A DNA stretch of 63,585 nucleotides, filler included, from Octopus bimaculoides (lineage: Eukaryota), in assembly GCF_001194135.2 (NCBI RefSeq). It is 5 parts of 5 records of this genome, joined end to end, with 100 filler letters (N's around TTAATTAATTAA, not from the genome) between each part and the next. Parts side by side here need not be neighbours in the genome. Positions count along the whole stretch, not along the records: positions 1 to 20,694 come from NC_068995.1; positions 20,795 to 42,501 come from NC_068990.1; 3 more parts are not named here. The stretch is one strand, 5' to 3'. Numbering within the stretch: the first letter of the stretch is position 1; each line of letters opens with the position of its first letter. The translations under genes and the position numbers were made by a program. Shown one piece after another: positions 11,623 to 20,832 of this stretch. Below the pieces are notes generated by a model. That model did not search any database, was not told where the DNA came from, and worked only from the letters and a program-made list of their open reading frames with translations.

Positions 11623-11945
11623 GAAGGCGCATGGCTTAGTGGTTAGAGCATCGAACTTACGATCGTGAGGTTATGAGTTCGAATCGCTGACCGGGCGGCG
11701 TGTTGTGTTCTTCAGTAAGACGCTTTATTTCACGTTGCTCCAGTTCGTTCAGCTATAGAAATGTGTTGCGACGTCACAGGTGCCAAGCTGTATTGGCCCC
11801 TTTGCCTTTCCCTTGGATAACACTGGTGGCGTGGAGAGGGGAGGCCCGTATGCATGGGCGACTGCTGGTCTTCCATAAACAACCTTGCCCGGACTTCTGC
11901 CTGGATGGGTAACTTTCTACGTGCAATCCCATGGTCATGTCTATG
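11623..11945 (+). mobile_element. tRNA-derived SINE
   Basis: A box GGCTTAGTGGTTAGAGC and B box GAGTTCGAATC, followed by a non-tRNA body (GTGTTGTGTTCTTCAGTAAGACGCTTTATTTCAC...). Confidence 0.8.
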
Positions 11946-12596
11946 TAAAAGGAAAAGAAGAGAAATGAAATATTTGAGTTTAAACGTTGTCTATAAAAAC
12001 AGACACATATATGTGTAGCTATATGTGTATACTGTAAGATTATACGTATATTTGTGCGTGTGTATGTGTTTATATGATAGTGTGCGCTTCTCCATATGTA
12101 TAGGTTGGTTTATATTTGGATGTATGTGTCTAAGTCATGGTATCTATTCCCCGTTAGACACAGTAACAGTTATATATATCACTTGAACAGACACACATAT
12201 CAGTATCTAAACTTAATTTTACATGCAAATACACATATACACACGCAGACACGTCTATACGCTTACATACGTAAATGCTCTCATACAGACATAGTATATA
12301 GATATATACATACATGCACACAGGCATACATACGTATATACATGCATATGTGCGTATATTCATGTATACGGATGTACACATATACATACATATATACATA
12401 GATAAACAGATGTATATCAATGTATATCATGAACTAACTGTTACTTTCTCAGCAGCACGAAGTTCTGTCAGTCAGCAGGTCGCGGTTTCAAAGCGACGAA
12501 AATAATTTGACAGAAATGAAATTTAAACCTTGAAGTGAAACTAACGGTTTTTCTGTGTTCTTAAATGTCTTACAAACATCTATCTTTCATGCTCCG

Positions 12597-12637
<41 letters not shown>

Positions 12638-12758
12638 TGTAGAGTGTTAGGTGTGATGTACAGAATTAAATATTGAAAAAAAAGTCGTCAGAATTTTGGA
12701 ATAACTTCTTTCATTTATGTTAAATCTCTGAACGAGGTATTAATAGTAACTGCACGAC

Positions 12759-12806
12759 AAGGTGAAGTATATTTGCCACATTTAAGTGGCAAATATACTT
12801 CACCTT
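12759..12806. repeat. Perfect 21-bp hairpin with a 6-nt loop
   Basis: AAGGTGAAGTATATTTGCCAC-ATTTAA-GTGGCAAATATACTTCACCTT. Confidence 0.95.
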
Positions 12807-14101
12807 CTTTCATTTATTTTATACATATATTAGCGCTTTCATTCGTCTTTCAAACTTGTCAAATATAATTCTGTGAACATACAGAGATCTTNNNNNNNNN
12901 NNNNNNNNNNNNNNNNNNNNNNNNNNNNNNNNNNNNNNNNNNNNNNNNNNNNNNNNNNNNNNNNNNNNNNNNNNNNNNNNNNNNNNNNNNNCGTTGATCG
13001 GATCAACTGGAACCCTCGATGTCGTAAGCGACGGAGTGCTAGCAAGATAAATTACAAAACAATGAAAGGAAGAATGTGAAAATTGCATGGAAAGCCATTT
13101 TACGTTAAATCCATAAAATGGTCTCTTAGGAAATGACCAAATTCTGTTGATCTGTATCTATTTAATGAAATATTGTTAATACTGGTAAGTAAAATTCGAA
13201 AATGTATTTCATCGAACATGCTACCGTCTGTGTCATACAACAGAGAATTGAAAGGAAGAACAAAAACAGCTACAAAACTAAAACTTAAATGAAGCAAATG
13301 TAATGGTATTGTTTTTAATTGCTATTATTTACAAGCTCTTAGATGTCACTTTGTATATGGAGAAAATTGATCCATAAGCAATTGATTTCTGTAACAGTAA
13401 CAACTTTGAAGTTAATGGATAATGGACATGGTATGTTTTTATATATATTTAACTATGAATATTCTGAATCTGTGAATGGGCTCCTTCGATTGTAGTCTCA
13501 AGGGAACTTGTTTCGAATATCACTTTCCATGTCCAAATCATTAATGAACAGATTATAATATGTAAAGTTTCTTTCAAGCAACGTCCTAGGCCAGAACTAA
13601 TTGCGTACTAAATGCTTGAGTGTTTAAAATCAAACGAATGAAAGAGACTTCAATAAACACGGTAACATGAAGAGAGAGGGTGCAGTAAAAAGCTACAATA
13701 ATCAAACACCGTTGAAGAAAAATCAAGCGGGAGAGAGAGAGAGAGTGAGAGAGAGAGAGTGAGAGAGAGAGAGAGTGAGAGAGAGAGAGGGGGAGAAAGC
13801 GATTGTATGATTCAAGGGAGTCGAGCTCGAAAGAGGGAAGTGAGATTAGTTAACGTTATTTAACTGCAATGGTACGTGAAAATAACCAGTTCATTTATTA
13901 ACTTGGTTGCAGTTAAAACTTGGTGGTTTTCAAAAATATTACGACTGGCTCTTCAACGTAGAGAGCTCATCCATTTTAGCAAGGAAAACCATTTTGTGTC
14001 ATAATTAATATTTCGATTTAATTTAGAAATCAGAAATTACTCTGAACATTTTAAAATAAGAAATCAACTAGAGAACAGCGATTTACCTTCAGTTAACAAC
14101 A

Positions 14102-15235
14102 ATGAAATTAATGACTTCGGTATTATTAGCGGTTAGTGTGAACGCTGTTTCGGACAAAAACACTTTGCACACAATGTTATTCGAAAATTACACGAAAACG
14201 CTGTTGCCTTTTCCTGATGATGAAGCCATAGTGAAAATAAATGTATCTCTTATTCTTGTGAAAATCATTGAATTAGACTTTCACAAAGGTTTACTTGCAA
14301 GCAAAATTGTGCTTGGTTTATCGTGGAAGGATAACAACTTGCTGTGGAATAACAAATTGAATAATATAAGTTATATAAACGTAAATACAGAGGATATATG
14401 GTACCCACATGTTTACATATGTAACGATATGTCAGGTAATTTCGCTGTTCATAAAGGAGGAGCCACTATAGAATATGATGGAACAGTTACCTTTCATATG
14501 GACGGTATTTTCCAAACTTACTGCACAATTGATATGCACAAATATCCTTTCGATGAGCACGAATGTTATATAAAATCTTGTTTACGCCATCAAAAGTATA
14601 AAGAACAAACTATACAAAACTTTTCCTTTTACAATATGTATAACTCGTCGTCAGATACCTGGGATTATAAGTTTGTTGTAGGAGACGTCATGGAAAATGG
14701 AATTATATCGGCTAAGGTTACTATTTATGCAAATAGAAAATCGATGAGTGAAACATTCTCCCATTTTATATTCCCAGCATTGCTGACAATACTGAACTTG
14801 GGTGTGTATATATTGCCTGCTGAGTCGGGAGAAAAGGTTTCAGTTGCAATCACTATTTTCCTTGCCAATGTCGTTTATCTAACAGAATCGGCCAAGTCGT
14901 TGGGTTCTAAATCTCGTGGAGTCTCAAGATATCTATTATATCTCCTAATTCTGACACTTATCAGCGGCTTTTCTACCTTTGTCTCCATAATCGTGTGTAA
15001 ATTTTATGTCAACGAGACCAATGTGCACAAAGCTTCAGTCCCAGAAAAAGCATGTGGATCGAAAAATAAAATCGGAATTATGGACAAGTCTGTTCAAGAC
15101 AATGTAAACGTAGAAGATACAAGTCGCTCGAAGAAGCGTTTATATACATATCGGAAGCTTGACATGATATTTCTGTTCGTGACTCTTATATTTTTGTTAA
15201 GCTACATAGTTTTCGCTGTAGTATATACGGAATAA
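14102..15235 (+). CDS. Intronless divergent pentameric ligand-gated (Cys-loop) cation channel subunit, atypical nAChR-like / cephalopod chemotactile receptor family, 377 aa
   Basis: Signal peptide; WxD (SWKD); IWYP; Cys-loop C141-x13-C155 with YPFD; four hydrophobic helices; LPAESGEKVS (cation-selective -1' Glu); no vicinal CC in loop C; short (~50 aa) M3-M4 loop; M4 preceded by YRKLD; single uninterrupted ORF. Confidence 0.95.
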   Translation: MKLMTSVLLAVSVNAVSDKNTLHTMLFENYTKTLLPFPDDEAIVKINVSLILVKIIELDFHKGLLASKIVLGLSWKDNNLLWNNKLNNISYINVNTEDIWYPHVYICNDMSGNFAVHKGGATIEYDGTVTFHMDGIFQTYCTIDMHKYPFDEHECYIKSCLRHQKYKEQTIQNFSFYNMYNSSSDTWDYKFVVGDVMENGIISAKVTIYANRKSMSETFSHFIFPALLTILNLGVYILPAESGEKVSVAITIFLANVVYLTESAKSLGSKSRGVSRYLLYLLILTLISGFSTFVSIIVCKFYVNETNVHKASVPEKACGSKNKIGIMDKSVQDNVNVEDTSRSKKRLYTYRKLDMIFLFVTLIFLLSYIVFAVVYTE

Positions 15236-18200
15236 CTATAAACATAGACAGCTCATAGGGAAGGAAAAAAAGGAAAGAGCAGACGATCAGGAGAGATGAA
15301 CATCCGTTGATCCCTACAATTGTTTTTCTGTCACCGTGTTTTATTTTCCCACTTAATCCTTTCTGTCGAATAATGTAGTGTCGAAACATCCTAGACTTTT
15401 CCATTCTTCCGGAGCGTTAAACTAATACATCTTACTTTTGTTCCTTTAGCTGCCTTCGTCTTTTGTTTTCGGTAAATATAAACTATATATATATGTTCTC
15501 AACCACAAATACTTAACTTACAAAAGACGAGTATCTGCTGGTAGACAGCGAGGTGTGTATATCTTAGGAGTATGTGGTTGACAATGTGCATTATACTACC
15601 ACTGCTTCTCTTACGTATTTGAATATAATTATAGATATGTTCTACTTGAAACAATTCTGTCAACAATAAATTCTAACCAAGCAACAGTCAACATTAAGAA
15701 AGACTTAATCTGAACTGAAGAGATATCTTATTTGCTTAATATTCTCCAAAGCATTTCTTCATTACCAGAAAATTAAATCTATGTTCACAGGAGAGGATAT
15801 CAACATCAACAACATAGAAACTATGGAAAGCATAACATAGGATGATGAACTTTTTACTAGATTGTGTTCTTGACATCTGCGGTGTATCAACGTACGTGTT
15901 TAACAACCTTACTGTTTCTACCTATATATATGCATACGTTACATTCTTTATCACACCTCAGAACACGCACATACAGGACGCATACATCTACATGAACACC
16001 CACACAACTATATGCACAATATAACACATCCATAGAATCCATACCCACTTTTAGCCATATATATATAAAACGACATGGACCCTCACAGTGTACAATATCT
16101 TGCCTACACTCATACGCACAGTTTGATTATACGTACAGTGATATCTAGGTCTTGCTTGTTGCGTCCATAACATACGCATAAATGCCTTTATCCGATCAAA
16201 CATTCCCAAGGCCAGCACACGCATTTTCAGACATGCATTCAAAAAACGCGTTCTACTCACAGATATGCGTATATGAAGCGACAAAGAAACAGCTTCAATA
16301 TAACATCAACAAAGAAACAGCCTCACGATAACAAAGAAAAACACTTTTGCAGCAAATGAATAAACTTAGATCCTCTCCCCACTATACTCCCTCCCACACA
16401 AAACATAAATACATCAGCACACTTCTTCGAAATAAAAACAACATGCGTGCTAGCAAACAAATGCAGGTACATTTCCACACGTTTGTTCACATATATATAC
16501 ACTTCGAAATATACATACATTGGAGGTTCGCACGCTATACACTGACCTTCAAAGAACCATATATGTATGCAAGCATACAGCTGCCTCCAGTGTTACAAAC
16601 GGATCTCGCATCAATACATCCATGCATACATTTGTAATTACTTGCCCACCACAAACATGATATATATTATACCGGTAACCACTGACGTAGCTAAACAGAA
16701 ACGCTCACATGCACATAGTCCATCCCCTTATATTAGTTCATTTATATTTAGTTGATATATTAGATTCTAATACTAAATATATATACATACACAAGAAAAA
16801 CTACAAAATTTAATAGCACATGCACTTACATGAGAGCGCACACGATATTTACACACAGTTAGAATATTTGTTAGCGTGTGAATACACAATGATAGAAACC
16901 TTAATATTACACGAGCACACAACTATGTGTTCACATATACGCATCTATCAATTATAAATTATTGCACTCTGTTTATTTTGTACGCATGAAAACTCATTCC
17001 TGCTTTTTCGGATATGGTCAATCGACCGCCAAAATTGTCATCGTTATGATTCATATACTAATACACTTTTATGCCACTAGAAACTTTCTGGCGTATCGTA
17101 TACTTTATAGTCTTCTTATTGTTTTTTTTTGTGTATCTATGACCTTAAGTGCACTTTATTTTCAAATCCCATTCTTTGTTCTTATTAACCTTAAATTTTG
17201 AATCTATATGTATGCATACGTGTATGTATGAATATATATATATATATATATATATANNNNNNNNNNNNNNNNNNNNNNNNNNNNNNNNNNNNNNNNNNNN
17301 NNNNNNNNNNNNNNNNNNNNNNNNNNNNNNNNNNNNNNNNNNNNNNNNNNNNNNNNNNNNNNNNNNNNNNNNNNNNNNNNNNNNNNNNNNNNNNNNNNNN
17401 NNNNNNNNNNNNNNNNNNNNNNNNNNNNNNNNNNNNNNNNNNNNNNNNNNNNNNNNNNNNNNNNNNNNNNNNNNNNNNNNNNNNNNNNNNNNNNNNNNNN
17501 NNNNNNNNNNNNNNNNNNNNNNNNNNNNNNNNNNNNNNNNNNNNNNNNNNNNNNNNNNNNNNNNNNNNNNNNNNNNNNNNNNNNNNNNNNNNNNNNNNNN
17601 NNNNNNNNNNNNNNNNNNNNNNNNNNNNNNNNNNNNNNNNNNNNNNNNNNNNNNNNNNNNNNNNNNNNNNNNNNNNNNNNNNNNNNNNNNNNNNNNNNNN
17701 NNNNNNNNNNNNNNNNNNNNNNNNNNNNNNNNNNNNNNNNNNNNNNNNNNNNNNNNNNNNNNNNNNNNNNNNNNNNNNNNNNNNNNNNNNNNNATATATA
17801 TAGAGCAATTATTATAATTTTATTTATGCCTTATAAATGAATAATTTATTCTTTTATTAACTATAAATCAAACTTATTTCTATTTATCTTTGCTCAATCA
17901 TGCCTATTTATTTTATTTATTGTCCTAGTTCTATTTATCTACTTTACTTTATCCCCAATTATATTCTATCCAGTCTGTAAAGCGTTCACTAAAGCATATT
18001 ATGATACAAATCATAAGCAGCACTGTTTAGTCTCATGAAAGGAATTGATAGGTCCACATAAAATATCTCATCTCTTTTTCTTCTCTGATGAAATTATGCT
18101 CGTGTCACATAAATGCAAATTTAATGTACACATTTGTAATTGAATTATTGAGTGTTAATTGAAACAGATGTAAGAAACGAAAATTACCAATTCATTAATA

Positions 18201-18302
18201 ATAAATAATTAACTTCCATATCTCCATTTTCATTTTCTTCTTTTAAGTGGATATAAATATATATACATACACACGCACACACACACATATATATGTATGT
18301 AT

Positions 18303-18351
<49 letters not shown>

Positions 18352-19624
18352 CAGATACATACATACACATATATATTTCTGGCTTTAGTTAAAAGAAAAT
18401 ACAGGAAGGTCAGTTGTGATTTTATACAACTTATTCCCCTCTCTGGTTCAAACAGCGGCCCTTCTCTTTTTCTAAGCCGTATAAAAGAACTCTGAATGTT
18501 GGCTTATCAGCCATGCTTTTCGCCAAAACCTGAAACCCAGGAACTTGTCACCAGACCCTACAGAGAACGATATAATGGTATTCACAACTACCAGAAGCGA
18601 TTGCCTTTCCAACAATAGCAGCAGCAGTCAATCACACGCGTGTCTATGCATGTATACGTATGTGTGCGGACACACGGATAAGTACGTGCATGCGAATCGT
18701 GCACGTTCAATAGATAACACCACTAAATTTGCTAAACATATTGCTTCGTGCGTCTTAATCTTTGTTTTCAATCCATGCTATTTGATAATTATCAATTTTT
18801 TTTCGCAAGAGTTTGTATAATTATTATAGTTCCGAACTATATACTTGAAGAAGTTTCCTTGTTTTTAGTATCCTGAAATATGTCACTGAAAATGGCTTAC
18901 TTTCAGAACACCTTTATTTTCAATTAAATTATCATAACAATATTTCATATTGCATTTGACCATCTCTAAACATATGACATTGTTTCTGTAAATAGTGTGT
19001 GTTTGACTAAATCAACAAAATTATATGAAAGATACAAATATAGAATTTCTAGTTAAGTGAACTATTCTAAAATTTATAACGAATACTATGAGACATTTAA
19101 TATGTGCTAACTTAGCATGTAATATGTGAGTTATATATGGAAAAATACACGGAAAAAGCGGCAATTGAAAATAGTGAAAGAAATGGTTTTAGAAGTAGAT
19201 ATCATCGAAGTAGATATTACGTGTATACATAAAAAAAACACACACAGCAACATGATGTAATACGATCGCTGCTACAGATACAAAATAGCAGCGAAATGAT
19301 AGATACAGAATTAAACTTGTAGCATTTTGGAATATTTAATTTATAAAGTGTGTATATATATTGTGTTGTTACATAATTGCCACATGTGTAAGAAAAATGA
19401 TGTATTCATTTTATGCATTTGAAATAATACTTAATGTTATTTTACTTAGTTCACTGAAATTCATATATGTGGAAGTAATTATTTATCATTAGCAAAAGAA
19501 TTTGCTTTATCAACATTTACGTGTGTATGTATGCAGACACACGCATACACACACATACGCACACATGTGCACACACACACACATACACAGATACATATGC
19601 ATATATATCTAACTCTCTCGCGCT

Positions 19625-19778
19625 ACGAGTAGCTGGGTGGTAAGAAGCTTGGTTCCGAACCACATAGTTCTGTGTTCACTGCGTGGTAACTTAGGCAAGG
19701 GCCGTCTATTGTAGCCTTAGACTGACCGGAGTCTTGGGAGTGGATTTGTCAGACGAAAACTGAAAGGAGCCCGTCGCA
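19625..19778 (+). mobile_element. SINE fragment (family also at 42600-42660 minus and 61010-61290)
   Basis: Degenerate tRNA-like head and the shared motif GTGGATTTG(T/G)(C/T)AGAC(G/A)(A/G)AAACTGAAAG(G/A)AGCCCGT. Confidence 0.6.
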
Positions 19779-20037
19779 TATATATATATATATCTATGGA
19801 TCACACAGGTTGTAATCCTTTGTAACTTATGTAGGAATAAAGTATGCAATTATAACATGCGTTTTCTCCAATCCTTAAATTGTTAAATATATTCAAATAC
19901 CCAAAATTTCAAGGAGTTCCTGCCTTAAAAACAAGAACTAAACCACAGTTATTTTGTGTTCTTTGCTACATTGGTTTCTATTAACCCATTTATTCTATCA
20001 GAAGAATTTTTATTCATTAAGATAGAAGAAATACACA

Positions 20038-20088
<51 letters not shown>

Positions 20089-20308
20089 GTGTGTGTATAA
20101 ATAAATTGCAATTATAACGGAGAGGGTTGCAAAAAAAAACCCTTACATGTCTAGAAATAGCGGTCCTAACCATCATAAACACGGATAAACGATAAACATG
20201 ATAACGGAATTTGAATATATAGATAGAGGTTGACACATTATTCTTGCCGGTCGAGACATCTGTACGACCCAAGGTATGTCTTTTGTGTCAATTTATATGT
20301 ATAGGAAT

Positions 20309-20369
20309 ATTCTCCTGAAGAGACGAGTGGAGACGTTAGGTTCCGAACTTCGAAATTGCAATAGAGGAT
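20309..20369 (+). ncRNA. Type I hammerhead ribozyme with intact catalytic core (palindromic stem III, dimer-type)
   Basis: Stem I ATTCTC/GAGGAT; CTGAAGA 20315-20321; G20322-C20351 closing a bulged stem II; GAAA 20352-20355; palindromic ATTGCAAT; H17=A20363. Confidence 0.7.
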
Positions 20370-20663
20370 TAACCGTTTATTTTTAAGTCGTCAATTTTAT
20401 GTCATGTCGCCCGCCGACGTCTTTATTGTGAAAAGATAGAATATGAGTATTTACGATGAATTTATGGTGATCTTGACTGCTATTTCTTGACATGTAAGGT
20501 TTTTTGCAACTATCTCCGTTATAATTGTGATTTATTTATAATTATAGACAATCATTTTATGAAATTTATGATTACATGTTTTAGCCATTGATATATACAT
20601 AAATAAATATTAATTGTTTATGATTCATCCTTCGTAATGTATTTTTACATTCCTTTTTAATTC

Positions 20664-20694
<31 letters not shown>

Positions 20695-20832
20695 NNNNNN
20701 NNNNNNNNNNNNNNNNNNNNNNNNNNNNNNNNNNNNNNTTAATTAATTAANNNNNNNNNNNNNNNNNNNNNNNNNNNNNNNNNNNNNNNNNNNNTATATA
20801 GGATAAAATCTTTATAAGAATTTATCAAGTAG

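Noticed and set aside
11623-11700. tRNA gene-like sequence (also SINE heads at 40390, 56236, 57075, 26063)
   Set aside because: A and B boxes are present, but there is no complete cloverleaf, and each continues into a shared SINE body.
13100-13620. Possible third receptor or RT fragment on the minus strand (YNLFINDLD)
   Set aside because: A single short motif, with no Cys-loop, YxDD or transmembrane pattern in any frame.
13860-13916. 10-bp inverted repeat TTAACTGCAA/TTGCAGTTAA upstream of the receptor
   Set aside because: A few such repeats are expected by chance in 63 kb of AT-rich DNA, and it is not shared with the paralogue.
17149-17817. Long ORF-track entries across N runs and (TA)n/(CA)n tracts, here and throughout 28-63 kb
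   Set aside because: They are open only because Ns and simple repeats lack stops.
18083-18130. CTGATGA followed by a TTATG/CATAA hairpin (similar weak motifs at ~41213 and ~62745 minus)
   Set aside because: GAAA and the UH triplet are missing or misplaced, so the motif cannot be told from chance.
20739-20750. TTAATTAATTAA embedded in N runs (also 42546-42557, 54569-54580, 61679-61690)
   Set aside because: An identical 12-mer with stops in all six frames, always flanked by Ns on both sides. This is an assembly or scaffolding spacer, not biology.
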